DNA from: Cyanophora paradoxa CCMP329
Taxonomy: Eukaryota; Plantae; Glaucophyta
Length of the DNA stretch: 64,000 nucleotides
Assembly: GCA_004431415.1 (NCBI GenBank)
Contig: QPMI01000017.1
Location: forward strand, 558,001-622,000
Reading direction: 5' to 3'
A program made the translations under genes and the position numbers. Under the pieces are notes generated by a model. That model did not search any database, was not told where the DNA came from, and worked only from the letters and a program-made list of their open reading frames with translations. This document shows positions 1 to 12,989 of this stretch, piece by piece. How positions within the stretch are numbered: the stretch's first letter is position 1; each line of letters opens with the position of its first letter.

Positions 1-3000
1 CCTCCGAGGAGGCGGCGGAGGAGGGCGGCGACGAGGCGTCGTGCACGAGGGCGGGGCGCTCGGTGCAGAGCGCCCACTCGACGGCCCGCACGGAGAGGAG
101 CGAGCCGGCGGCGCGGAGGGGCACGCCCTGCAGCGTCCGCAGGCGCATGGCGGGGGGCGCCGGCCCGGGGCCGGGGCCCGAGGGGGGGGCGGCCCCCTCC
201 CCTTCGGGCTCCTCCACCTCGCCCGAGGCCTCCACGAGGAAGTCCCGCGTACCCCCCCGGGGCCCGGCCCCGGCCCCGGCCCCGTTCTCGGCGCCTTCGC
301 GCTCCAGGACCTGCGGGCGCTAAGAAGGAGGGGGAACGGGGAGTGGGGGGAAGGCACGAGGAAGCCGCGCTGGGCGCCGGAGATCTCGATGCAGACGGCG
401 ACGAGGCGCTCGAGGAGGCGCCCGAGCTCGATCTCCCTCGACAGCACCTGCGAGCACTGCGCGGCGCGGGGCGAGGGAGGCTCAGGAGAGGAGGGGCGGA
501 CAAGTGGGCGGGCGGGCGGGCGGGCGGGGCGCCTGGACGAGGGCGCTCCAGTTGAGGGGGTCGTACCCGCCCTCGCCCCCGCCCGACGTGGAGCCGGGGC
601 GGGCCCCCAGGCGGTCGGAGAAGGAGCTCGAGCGGCCGCCGCCGCCCACGCCGCCGCGGGCCCGCGACGACGACGAGAAGGACGCCCGCCGGCGCTCGCC
701 CGCGGAGCCGGCGGCGCCGGCGGCGGCGGCCCCCGGGGCGTGCGGCGCCTCGTCCGCCGCGTGCTCGGAGGGGGCCGCAGAGCGGGGGCCTGCGCGCGGC
801 GAGGCGCTGGTTGCGCTGCTCGTCGGCCCGCCGCTGCCGGCCCCGCCGCCGCCCGCCCCGGCGGCTCCGCCCCGCCCCCGGCCCCGCTCCCGCCCCGGCC
901 GCAGACCAGGGAGAGGTCCAAGAGGGGGAGCGGCGCGGCGGTCGGCGCTGCGGCGGCCGCCGCTGCGGAGGGCGCGGAGCCGCGGCGAAGCCTGGCGGCG
1001 CCGCCGGGGGCGCCCCAGGCGTCGCAGGTCGCCGCCGCGGCCTCGCGGTACGCGCCGGCGGCGAGGCCCATGCCGCACTCGGCGGCGAGGCCCGCCGCGC
1101 GCTCCGCGCAGAGCGCAGAGACGAAGCGGACGCCGGCCGCCTCGGCCGCGGCGCGGGCGGCCTCGTAGGCGGCGAGGGCGGCGGGGCCGGCGCCGGCGGC
1201 GCGCTGGCGCTCGGCGAGGAGGAGGCGGTGCCAGCCGAGCCAGTTCTGGGGCCCCGTGGCGGCGTGCACGCCGGCGCGGGCCGCGTAGTACTCGAGGCGC
1301 GACTCGAGGCGCGCACGCTCGGCCGGCTCCAGGGGTGGCGCCCACGCCGGCCGGCCCTCCTCCTCCCCCGGCGAGAGCCGCTGCGGGGCGCTCGCTCGCT
1401 CGCTCGGGGCGGGAAGGTGGAGGGCGGGATCGAATTCAAAGCGCACGATGCCGAGGGCGAGGCCGAGGGCGAGGCAGGTCATCTGCTCGCAAGAGACCGC
1501 CTGCCGCACGTCGTACGCGTCCGCCGCGAGAGAATCGTACGCCTCCGCCACACGCCACGCCTGGCCAGAGATCAGGCCGTGAGGAGGGAGGGAGGGATGG
1601 AATGGGGCAGAGGCGGGCGGGCGGGCGGACCGCGGCGGGGTTGTTGCCGGCGAGGAACCGCATGATGGAGGCGAAGCAGTAGAAGCTCTTCGCCCTGGGG
1701 TACAGTGAGCTTTCCGAGGGCGGAGGGGAGGAAGGCGGGCGGACCAGTGGGGCGGCAGGGCGGCCACGTCGGCTTGGAGGCGAGCCGCGTCGAGCTCGAC
1801 GGCCAGCGGCTCGGCGGGGCTCGGAGCCGGGGCGAAGGGGCCCAGGCCCTCGTCGCAGGGGTGCCCCTGCGGCGCGGTCGGCCCGGGTTTCGGCCGGGGT
1901 GGGTTATGGGATTCGCACGCGGAGGGCGCGGGCGGTGGCGAGGAAGGGGCCCGTCACTTGGGCGAGCAGCGCCGACCGCGTCTGGCTGAAGAGCCGGACC
2001 AGACCGTCCACTGCGGCGAACATCAGGGGGGTACAGGCGATCCAGGGGTAAGCGAGGGGCGCACGGCGGCGCTCGTACGCGTCGAGCCGCTCGACCGCAA
2101 AGCCGTTGACGACCTGCGGGGCGGCTTTGAAAACCGGGTCCGGCCGGATTCGAACCGGGGCCTCGGACCAGGACGATGCCGACGCAGACGGCGTCGACGA
2201 CCATTCCGCTCTGCACCGCCAGCGGCAGGCACTCGTCCGCGTACTAAAAATAGAACAGAGTCATGGAGGGGCGAGGGAATAGGGGGGTACGGGGACCGCA
2301 CGGCGAGGGACCGGGCGTACGGCTGGCCCCACACGCACGAGATCGAGGTCCAGAGCAGGGCCTGGACGGATCCGTCAAGGGTACAACGAATCGAGGCCGG
2401 ACGGGGTACGGGGTCGCGCACGCTGACGCGGACGCGGGGCAGCATGTCGGGGGAGGACGCCATCATGCGGATGGAGACCTCCGAGAAGGGGTACGAGTAC
2501 GGCTTGAGGCGGTCAATGACACTGCAGACCTGCGAGCGGGGAGGCGGGCGGACCCCGCGGTCGGGCGCCGCCCCGCCCCGCCCGCCCGGGCTCTGCTCTA
2601 AGCCGGGGCGCACCTGGCCGACGACGGAGGCGAGGAAGGCGGTCTGGGGCCCCTTGCCGGCGCGGAGGCCGAGGCGGAGGGCGCGGGCGGGGAGGAGGCC
2701 GAAGAGGGCGGAGGCGGAGGCGTACCCCGCGGAGAGGGCCGCCTCGCCGGCGACGGAGAGCATCTCGAGGGTGCCCCGGTCCGTGCAGTCGGGGAGGCCG
2801 CAGACCGCGTCGGCCACGCCGGCGGGGCCCGCGCCCGCGCCGCCCGAGGGCCCCAGCAGGGCGGCCACGAGGGCGTCCATCTCCTGCTCGAAGTCCGCCA
2901 TCGTCACGTCTGGGGGGTATTACTTAGAGCTGAGGATGTTTCCTTTGGAGGGGTTGGAGCTTTAGGGCACCGGGGGGTACGCGGATGCCCCAGAGCGAGT

Positions 3001-6000
3001 CCAGGCACTCGATGCCGGCCTCGTAGCTCTCCTGCGCGACGCTAAGCACCGGATCCGGAAGTACCCCCGGGACGGAGACAGAGGGGTACCCGGAAGCGGC
3101 CCATGGAGGAGAGAAGGGCGACGCGGCCCCGGTAGACGCGCAGCCGCTCCCGCCGGCCGGCTGCGAGCCGCCACGCCGCCTCGAACCGCGGCAGCGCCTC
3201 CTCGAAGCCGCCCTTGAGGTACTCGCACTCCGCCGTCGTGGCCTGGGGTGTGATGGATGAGGACGGAATGCGAGGGCGGCGAGGGGAAAGGCAGGCACCA
3301 GCAGTTCGAACTCGATGCGGTCGGGGCTCGAGAGGCGCTCGTCCCCGTCGCTCCCGCTGCCCTCCCCTTCCCCCTCCGCGCCCCGTGCCTCCTCGGCCGA
3401 GGCGCCGCCGCCTCCGCCGCCCTCGCGCCAGAGCTGCAGGGCCGCGAGGCCGGCCCTCGCGTACTCCAGGGCCCGGTCGTACGCCGTGCAGCCGCGGGCG
3501 CGGGCGGCGGCGAGGGCGTCGGCGCGGGCCGTGCTGAGGAGGTCCTCGGGGGCCGGGGCCGGGGCCGGGGCGGCCTCGCCGGGGGCGGGGAGCCCGGCGT
3601 TGAGGAGGTGCGCCACGTCGTAGAGCCGCTCGGAGCGGCCCAGGCGGGGGCAAGAAGCGAGGAGCAGGCGCCCCGCCCGCAGGCAGAGCGCCCGCCGCTC
3701 CGCCGGCAGCAGCGCGTCGTGCGCCGCCTGCGCTGCCTTTAGAGAGCGCGCAACAACAGCGAAGAAGACGGCGGCGGCACGCGCCTGCTGGATCTTGTCG
3801 TGCCGGAACGAGAAGAGCGCGTCTCGGGGCGGCGCCGGCCCCTCCTCCCCTCCCCCCGCGTCCGGAGCCACCAGCGGCTCTCGCGGGGCGATGAGGCCGG
3901 CCGCCAGCGCCGGTCGGAGCAGCTCCAGCATCGCCTGCGCCGAAAGTGAGGGGGGTACGCGGAAGGAAAAGAGGGGAGGGGGAGGGGTACGGAGGGGGAT
4001 TCGCCGGCGATGGCGGCGAGGGAGCCGGCGTCGAAGGCGGCGCCGCAGCAGCTGGCGACGCGGAGCGCCGCCTGCGTCCCCTCCGGCAGCGCCCGGATCG
4101 AGAGAGACATCCTGGGGTACACGCGCACGCGCGCGCTCAGCGAATGCTCGAAGCAGAGCGGCGCGGCTCTAAGAACGGAGCGGGGCGGACATCTCGACGA
4201 CGGTGGCGCCCTCCTGGACGGCGTCGGCCTCGGCCTGGCTCCACTCGAAGCGCCCCGCGGGGTGGTCGAACCGCAGCACCCGCCGCTCCTCCAGGTGCCG
4301 CAGGAACTGCATCTGCGGCCCCCGGCGCCTCAGACGCCGGGCGAGGTACAGAGGGGGCGGGGTACGGCCGCACGGCGTGCAGGGGGTTCCCCGCCGTCTT
4401 GCGCAGGACGGTGGCCCCCAGGGCCCTCACCCGCTCCTCGGCCGCCGCGCCGCCGCCTCCAAGCTGCCCCGCTCTCAGCAGAGGGGAGCGGAAGGGGGCG
4501 GGCCGGGTTGGGGTACCGCGTCAGCCACGAGGGAGCAGCAGTCCTCCCGCGAGAGGAACGCCGCCTGCGGTGACGTCACGGTGGGGGGGGGGGGGGGCGA
4601 CCGGTAGCCCCGGGGGGGGGGGCACGGGATCGCACGGCGAGCTCGAAGCAGGGGAAGCGGCCGCGGGCTCTCTCCAGGAACTCGGCGGTGGGGTGCCCGG
4701 CCCCGAGCTGGGCGAGGGATCATTTCGGGGGGTACACGTCCAACCGGGTCGGAGGGGGGGTACCTCGGCGTCGCGGACGGTGGCGAGGAGGAGGAGGGGC
4801 AGGCGGGGGGCCTCGGCGGAGAGCAGCGCCTCCGCCAGCGCCAGGCTCTCCCCGTCCGCCCACTGGGGGGGTACCGGTTAAGGGGGGCGGGGGGGGGAGA
4901 GAGGGGGGGGACGGAGTACCTGGAGGTCGTCGAGGAGGACGAGGAGGGAGGGGGGAGGGGGCCCCCGGGAGGAGGGCCTCGCGACCGGCTCGCCGGCCGC
5001 GTCGCGCTTGCGGAGTACGAGGCCCTCCTCGGGGCGCGTGCCCGGCCCCGAGGCGGCGCACCTCAGGAGCTCCTCGAAGGCTCCCAGGAGGCGCTCGCGG
5101 GCCTCCGGGGCCGGCAGGTCGGGGAGCGGGGGCGGCTCGGCGCGCAGGAGGAGCTTGGCGGCGGGGGCGACGTCGACCAGGAGGCGGGCGTTGCCGCGGA
5201 GGGCGGGGAGGAGCGCGGCCCGCCAGGCGGCGGCCTCGGCCTCGGGCAGGGCCAGCAGCTGCCCCACGAGGCTCTCCACCGCCCGGAACCACGCCGAGAA
5301 GGGCGGCCTGCGCGCCCGCGCCCGCTTCTCAGCGGCCGCCGGCGACGATGGGGGAGGAGAGGGGGGGCGGGCCGGTGGTACTGGTCGGCCTTGCCGGCGA
5401 GGAGGCGGGAGGCGAGGCCGGCGGAGAGGGCGCGGCGGCCGATCTCGCGGGCGAGGTACGTCTTGCCGGCGCCGGGCGGCCCCCGCACGACGGCGAGCAC
5501 GGGGCGCCCCGCGTCCCGCGCCCGCCGGCACGCCGCGAGCCCCTTCTCCACCTCCGCCTCGCGCCCGTACAGGGCCGACCCGAGCGCCAGGCGGCCGCTC
5601 CGGTCGCGCGAGGCGAGGGGGAAGGGCTGCAGGGCGGCCCCGCCGGAGGCGGCGAGGGCGGCGCGGGCCTCGGAGAGGTCGTGGAGGGCCCCGAAGGCCG
5701 ACTGGTACCGCTCCCCGGGCGCCTTCGCCAGCAGCCGCTGCGCCGAAAGGTTGGGTGGGGGTAGGGGGCTGCAGGCCCGCTAGCCGAGCTCGGACCTCGA
5801 GAATGGAGTCAAGGAAGCGCGGAGAGGGCCCGCTCGACGCCGGCCGCACCCGCGACGCCGCCTGCGGCCTGCGCCGGGTGGGCGCGGGGCGCGGGGAGGG
5901 GGCGGGGAGGCCTAGGGGCCCCGCACCGCTTGGCGAGGTGCGCGTGCAGGATCTCGACGGCCGAGGCCCCCACGAAGGGCGGGCGCCCCGCCAGCGCCTC

Positions 6001-6597
6001 GTACAGCACGATCTGGGGTACAGGTCAGCCTGGACGCGGGGGGGGGGGAGGACGGAGCGCGATACGGCGTACCCCGGCCAGGTACACGTCGGTTCGCTCG
6101 TCCGGGGCTGCGGGGCTTTGAGGGGGAGGCGGGGGTACGCGGGCGGGGAGCGGACCTTCGGTGGCCCCCGTCCTCCCAGTGAGCTCCGGCGCCGTGTAGA
6201 TGTAACCCTCGAGGTCCTCCGGCCCCCCGTCGGGGTCCGCCTCGAAGGAGCTGAGACGGAGCTGAGCCCCGCTGTCGGCGAACCGCACGGAGAGGTTCCG
6301 GGGCTGCGGGCGGGCGGTCAGCGGGCGGGCGGAGAGACGGAAGAGGAGCCGCGCACCCGAAGCGCCGTCAGGAGAAGCGACCCCTGCGCAGGTGCGTAAG
6401 GCTCTCAGCTTGGCGGGAGTTCCAGTACTAGCTCGCTTCGGAACGCCCACCGTGCTCCCGTGCGCGTCGAAGAGCAGACGCAGGAGCGACACTCCGAGGT
6501 CCAGGAAGGCGGGAACGCTAAGCAGCCGGCACTCGTGGAGCGGGCGCCACGGCGCGGTCGTCGTCATTGAGCAGGTGCTCGGTCCGGGCGACACCAT
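1..6597 (-). CDS. Multi-exon pseudokinase / AAA ATPase / GAF multi-sensor protein (trifunctional STK-ATPase-histidine kinase type); 3' end runs off the window
   Basis: Spliced pieces in the expected order. Kinase-like lobe: QPRNL, YTAPELTGRTG, DERTDVYLAG, LYEALAGRPPF, RYQSAFGALHDL. AAA entry LYGREAEV, Walker A GPPGAGKT, GKADQY, Walker B LLVLLDDLQ. Near 350-450 the GAF signature VLSREIELGRLLERLVAVCIEISGAQRGFLV. Confidence 0.85.
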
Positions 6598-7353
6598 CGC
6601 AGCCGATGCTCACTTGCACGATCGCACGGTGCTTCGAATCTACACAAGCGCCGCTCGCGCGGTTACAAGTTCAGGCGACGCTGCGCACGCGGCTGCGCAC
6701 GCATCGACATCGCTTCACCCTCTTGCGACAGCACAGCTAATGCTGCTCATGAACCGCTGGCGCGGGACAGGCTGGGTGACGGAAGCAGCTGCTTTAAGAG
6801 GAACTGACTTCAGGACTAGAGAAGTGGCGTGAGGTCGCGCTGCTGACGCAACCAGATTCGCGCTTTTCGTTGAGTCGCCGCGGTCGGCTGTGCGCACGCG
6901 CGGTCTACGAAGATTGCATTTGCATGTGCTGCGCTGCAGCTGCGTGCCCGGGGGCACACGACTGGTGCGACACGAGCGCTGCTGCGGCTTCTCCTCTCCG
7001 AACTGCCGCGCCTTGAAGCCTTGCGCGCTCGCAACCTTAGCTTGGCCAACTGTACGTACCCCCGGTTGTCTGAATGCAAATTCAGGCCCGACGCCGGCGG
7101 CGGCCAGCTCCATGCTGCATGCATCCACTTCCATGCATCATATGCCAAAGTATGAGGCTTCCTTGCCCGTTCAGGCTTCCTGACCGGCAGGCTCGAGCTC
7201 ATTCCCCGCGATTCCGGGCCGCGAATCCTTCTCGTCGTCGCGTCGCTTAATTATAACGCTTCCGGAATCCGGATCCGGAATCCGGATCCACGTCGCCGGC
7301 GATATCGATGCCGATATCCGTGTTATGGGATTTGGAGGCCGCCAGATCTAGAG

Positions 7354-9812
7354 CTAGACAGTGACGCAGGGGGCCCCCACCTCGCGGTCGCCCCCCGCGG
7401 CGAGCTCGAGCTGGAGCCCCGCGGCGGCGGCGCGGGCGGCGGCGGGGCGCAGGGAGCGGTGGAGGAGGAGGGCGAGCGCCGCCGCCACGGCCTTGGAGGC
7501 GGCGAGGAGCAGGAGGCCGCCGGCGTAGCCCCCCGAGCGCGCCCGCACCTCCGACATCGCCACTGGCGCTGCGCAGCGAGCGGCTCGTTCTTGAGGCCTT
7601 TGGGCATCTGGGCGCCGCAGAGCAGCGCGCGCGCGCGGGCACCGAGGGCGCCGCCGAGGTTGCCGCAGACAATGACGAGGGCCAGCGAGATGGCCGGGCT
7701 GCCCCCCGCGTCGCTCGCCGCCTGCGCGCCCCGCCCCCGCCCCCGCCCCCGTCAGCTTCTCGTCTCCGCCTCTTCGGGACCGGACGGGCGGGGCTGCTGA
7801 CCCAGCCCATGGTGACGGGCATCGAGGCGAGGACGCCCCCCGCGAAGAGCGACGCCAGCGCTGCCGGCCGGCCGGCCGCTCAGAGGGGCGCGGTGCGGGG
7901 GCGGGGCGGGGCGGGGGCGCAGCCCGGCGCACCGAGCTGGAGGACGAGGAGGGCGGGGCCGCCCTTGCCGCCCCCCGCGTAGGTGGCGGCCAGGGCGGCG
8001 GCGCCGAGGGCGCCGAGGGCGTTGGCCCAGAGGATGGGGCGCAGGCGCTCGCCGGAGCGGTCCGAGTGGCGGGCGGTGGCGAGCATGGCGAGGGCGGCGG
8101 CCAGGTAGGGCAGGCCCGAGAGGAGGTTCGCGAGGAGCGCGTGCACGCCGAACTCGCCCACGATGGCCGGCAGGTACAGCGAGAGCGCGTACAGCGCTGG
8201 AAAGCACTCAGCGAATCAACTCGGCGAGTCGGCGGCTCGGGGCGGGCGGGGCGCACGGAAGCAGTCGCAGGCGTATAGGGCGCCGAAGAGCCATACGGTG
8301 GGGCGGGAGAAGGAGGAGCGCAGCGCCTCCGCCGTCGAGTGCGGCGTGTGCGCCCGCGGCGCCCCCGAGGGGTCCACCTTGCCGCCCCGCAGCCCCGCCC
8401 GCCACGGCGGCTGCCGCGAGCGTCGGGCGGCGCGCGTGCGGGGGGCGGGGCTTTGATGAGAGGGGTACCGTGACGACGCCGGGCCGGGAGGAGATGATGC
8501 GCGCCTCCTCACCTGCGGGCGGGCGCGGTTGGTCAGAAGGAGGGGGCGAGGAGAGGAGGGGAGGGGGGAGGGGGGTACAGGGCGCACGAGTAAGCCAGGG
8601 GGCGGACCAGGGCCCATCGGGGAGGTACAGGAGCACGACGAGGCCCAGGAGCACCTGCGGGTACGCCGGTCGACTGATGGGAGGTGGGTACGGGAAGCTG
8701 AGGGGGATACCGTGGGGAGGCCCTCGATGAGGAAGAGCCACTGCCACCCATGTAGCCCCAGCAGCCCGTCCATCTCTAGGGGGGAGTGAGCGGTGGGGGG
8801 GCGGGGGTACGGGGGAGAAGAGGGGGGTACGGAGGAAGGCGTAGGCGAAGAGGGCGCCGAGGACGCCGGCGACGGGTACGGCGGTGTAGAGCAGCGCCAG
8901 GCGCTCGGCGCGCTCCGCGGGGGGGAAGAAGAACGTCAGGTAGTACACCACCCCGGGGAAGAAGCTGCCGGCGGTACGGATTCAGGAGGACGCGGGGAGG
9001 GGGTACGGTAACAAGCGGCGCACCCGGCCTCGGCGGCGCCGAGGGCGAGGCGGAGGAGGACGAGGGAGGTCGAGCCGGTCGCGCACGCGGAGAGGGCGCT
9101 CACCGTCCCCCACAGCAGCTGCCGCCACCCCCCGGCCTCCTCAGAGTGCTGCCCGAGGAGGAGCCCGGGGGCCGAGGGGGCGGACCATGATGACGAAGAT
9201 GTGGACGCGGGCGCTGACGCGCTCCAGGATCGCGTTGCAGGGCACCTCGAAGAGCTGCCGCCCGGGCCGGCCGGCTCGACGGGCTGGGAGTAAAGGCGGG
9301 TGGGGGTCCGGGCGCACGACGTAAGTGATGAAGAAGACGGAGGCGGCGAGGCCGTACTCGTGCTCCGTGATGCCCAGCGACTCCATGAGCGACGCGTGCG
9401 CTGCGCGGGAGACCACCGAATTCGAATCGTTCGTATGAGACGTTTGAAGGGCGGGCGGCCGGTTCCGCGGCGGCGCACCGTTCCCGAGGTTGGCGCGGTC
9501 CAGAAAGCTGGCGATGTAGCATACGCAGAGGAGCGGGAGGAGCTTCCGCGTGCAGCGCGCCACGAGCTCCTTCTCGACCGCCGGGTCGACGTGCCGGCCC
9601 TCGGCGTCGCTGTCGCCCCCGTCCGAGGCGCAGAGCTTCCCATCGAGGAGCGCCGGCCTCATCTCGTCGAAGGCGGAATCGCCTCTGCCGTCGGGGCGGG
9701 CCGCTGTGTGCTCGGACCCGGCCTCCTTCGCGCTGCCGCAGTCCGAGCGCTCCACGCGCGCGGGCAGCAGCTCCGCAGCGCCCTCCGAATCCTTAACCCG
9801 GTGCCGAACCAT
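7354..9812 (-). CDS. MFS transporter, anion:cation symporter (Dal5/tartrate-like) family, multi-exon
   Basis: Motifs KLLPLLCVCYIASFLDRANLGN, FEVPCNAILERV, LRLALGAAEAG, FFPGVVYYLTFFFP, GLHGWQWLFLIEGLPT, HSDRSGER across GT-AG introns. Confidence 0.9.
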
Positions 9813-10369
9813 CGCTCGTTCGATGAACAGCGCCCGCGCGCGGCAGCTGCAAGAAGCGGGTTGCGAGGGTGGCCGCGGTCAGACAGCGATCAGTTCAGCC
9901 TCCGGTCCAGTTCGTCAGCGCGCTGAGAAGCTGCTGGGCGGCTTCCAACTCGAAATGCTGGATCGGAGAGAGCGCACAGCTAGGACCCTCGCCAAGTACC
10001 GCGACTGTACCCGGACCCCCGAACGTGTACGTATCCCCCTCGCGGTCGTTTCGGCGGCGGATCGCGTAGCGCGGCAGCGGCAGCACCCAAGAGACTTACA
10101 GGCGCGTCGGAATCTGCGCGAGACTCGCGTACGCAGCTGGCCTTGGCTCCCGCTCGCTGACATCAGCATGCGCAGGCACGACGACACGCGTCCGCGCGGT
10201 CATTTGAGCGTTATACAACCGATTGGTGCGTCGTAAACCGACTGCGGGGCTGGGACGGAGTGTGCGCGCGCCGGGGCCCGCGAAAGTGCCCGGGATCCGC
10301 GGCCGGAGCACGCCGCGCACACCGCCCTACCGCCGCTGAGCGCGCCGCGACGACGCAGGTCAGAAAGAC

Positions 10370-10915
10370 ATGGCGCCTGTGCTCCTCCAGATCGACTTCC
10401 CGTTCCAGGGCCCCTGGGGTCCGCCGCCAGCACAGCGCGCTGCCTAGGCCTCGGCCCCGCGCCGGCCCGCGCGCCGGATCGGAGCCCGCCCGAGCCTGGC
10501 GCAGGGGACGAGATGGCGGCGGCGTTCGAGGGGCTGGCGAAGGAGATCGCGGGGACGAAGGGCCTCCGCTGGAAGATCTGGACCGAGAACAAGGCGCGCC
10601 GCTTAGCTAACAGCCCCCAGCCTCGGGAGCCTCCCTGTCCGCTGACGCGGGGCGGGCAGGAGGAGGGCCGCTCCGGGGGCATCTACCTCTTCGACGACGC
10701 CGCCTCCGCCGCCGCCTACAAGGAGGTCCATACCCCCCCTTTCCCTCCTCCCCCCCCCTCCCCCCCGCCTCTGGTTCCGACCGCTTCGGATTCTGAGCTC
10801 GGGGCCGCAGATGCACACGAAGCGGCTGGCGGGGTTCGGGGTGCAGGACATCCGCGCCCTCGAGTTCGGCGTCGGCGCCGCCCTCTCCGCCATCACCCGC
10901 GCCCCCGTGTCTTAG
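10370..10915 (+). CDS. ydhR: YdhR-family putative monooxygenase (4 exons: 10370-10418, 10505-10593, 10660-10725, 10811-10915)
   Basis: Spliced product MAPVLLQIDFPFQGPWGDEMAAAFEGLAKEIAGTKGLRWKIWTENKEEGRSGGIYLFDDAASAAAYKEMHTKRLAGFGVQDIRALEFGVGAALSAITRAPVS follows the bacterial YdhR pattern (WKxWTE, GGIYLF, HTxRL). Intron 2 is GC-AG. Confidence 0.88.
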
Positions 10916-10962
10916 CTCGGGCGACTAGACCTAGCCTGTAGCAATCCCTATCTCTGCATCTA

Positions 10963-12950
10963 GCTAGGCGGCGAGGGTGGAGCGGAGCTTGCCGGCGCCC
11001 TCGGCGAAGTCCGGGAGCGTGAGGGTCATCAGCTGCTCGATCGGCGCCTCCGCGCTCACCCGCCTGCGGGGGAGCTCCCTCCCTCAGAGGGCGCGGGGAG
11101 ACATGCACCGCAGGGCTCGAGGCGGGGGCACCTGTTGAGGGCGCGGCAGGCCTCCTCGACGCACCGGTCGGCCAGCCCGGCGTTCCACCGCGCCCGGATC
11201 TGGTCGCGACCAAGAGGAGGGGCGCCGTCAAAGTAGGGCGGGGGCGGGGGCGGGGCGGGGCGGACCGGGGGCTCGAAGGTGCGCTCGAAGAGGCCCGGGA
11301 GGGCGGGGAGGAGGCCGGGGGCGAGGCGGAACTGCTTCCCTTCCGCCTTCAGCCGCGCAATTTCCGCCAGCTCCTCCGGGCTGCCGCCCCGTGAGGAAGA
11401 AGTCAGTTTAAGAGATTAACGAAGTTAAGAAGTAAAGAAAGCCGGCGAGAAAGCTTGGAGGAGGGCGGGGCGGGGCGGGCCTGTAGTCTGCGAAGTGGAG
11501 GCGGAGGCCGATGCGCCGCTCCATCCCCTCGTTCGCCCGCACGAACTCCGCCATCTGAGTGGGGGTTGGAGGGAGGGGGGGTGGGGGTGGAGGGGGAGGG
11601 GGCGGGCCTTCTGGGGGTACCCGGCGAAGATGAAGATGACGCGGTCCTTCCTGCGCAGGGGGGCGGCTCGCTCAGATCGGGAGGGATGAGCGGGGCGGGT
11701 GGGGGTGGGGCGGGGGCAGGGCGGGGCGGGCCGCTCGGCGGTCATCTCGGTCATGATCGACTCAAAGGCCTTCTTCCCGTAGTCCTTGTCGCTGTCCCCC
11801 TCCTGCCGCCCCCGGCACGTCAGGGGGGTCGCCAGGGGCGGGGCCGGGGCGGGGGCGGGGCGGGGCCGCACGGTGAGGCGGTACGCCTCGTCGACGAACA
11901 TGACACCGCCGCGCGCCCGCTCGATCGCCTCCGTCACGATCTTCTCCGTCTGCCCGATGTACCTGGCGGCAGGGGGGGCGGGGGGGGGGGGGGGGGGGGG
12001 GTGCCGGCTCAGGCTCAGGGGGGTGCAGGTGGGCGGTGAACGGCGGCGCACTGTCCGACGAGGTTCTGCCTGTTGGCCTCGACGAAGCGCTCGGCGGCGC
12101 CCGGGCCCAGCAGCCCGATGCGCTGCAGCAGCCGCGGGATCATCCGCGCCACGCTCGTCTTGCCTGCGCGGATGAAGCGAAGTTAGGTGAAGCTAGGGGA
12201 GGGCGGGGACGGGGCGGCGCGCCGGTGCCGGGGTTGCCGATGAAGAGCATGTGGGGGCACGCCGCCTCCAGCCTGGGACCGGCCCCTCGCGTCAGCGCGA
12301 GGGCGGCGCGAGAGCGCCGGGAGGAGCAGAGAGAGGAGCAAAGAGGCTCTAGCTATAGGTGCAGGTCTTTCGGCCCAGATCGAGCTGCGCGGACGCGCTA
12401 GGAGAGCGCAAGGACGCCGGCTGCTCTTAGGCTCCTCCGAGGCTCTCGGGGCCCGCCTCGCGCACTTGAAGCCGGCCTCGGCGCGGCGCTGGTTGAGGCG
12501 GAGGTCGCGGACGAAGGAGCGGAGCTCGGCCTTGAGGGCGGGGAGGCCCACGACCCGCGCCAGCTCCGCCTCCAGGTACCGCAGGCCCTCGTCCTGGGCG
12601 GGGGGGTAGGAAGGAAGGAAGGGCGGGGGGAGGGAGGGTGGAGGGTGGAGGGGCGCACGAGGACGACGGCGGTGCCGCGCTCGTGCCCGACGGCGAAGCG
12701 GGCGCCCCGGGCCGCCGCGAGGCACGTCACGGCGCCCAGCCCGAAGTTCTCAGAGCCCTGCGGCGCTCGCTCGAGGCGAGGAGGGAGGCGGCGCGGGGGG
12801 ATGGGAGGGGGGGGAGGGGGGAGGGGGGGGGGAGGGACCTCGGGGGCCCAGCTTCTGCTGCCGAAGAGGCGGAGGGAGCCGTCGCCGCAGCCGGCGAGGA
12901 CGAGGGGCAGGGACGGGTGCGAGGCCACCGCCGTCACCGACGACGACCCC

Positions 12951-12989
<39 letters not shown>

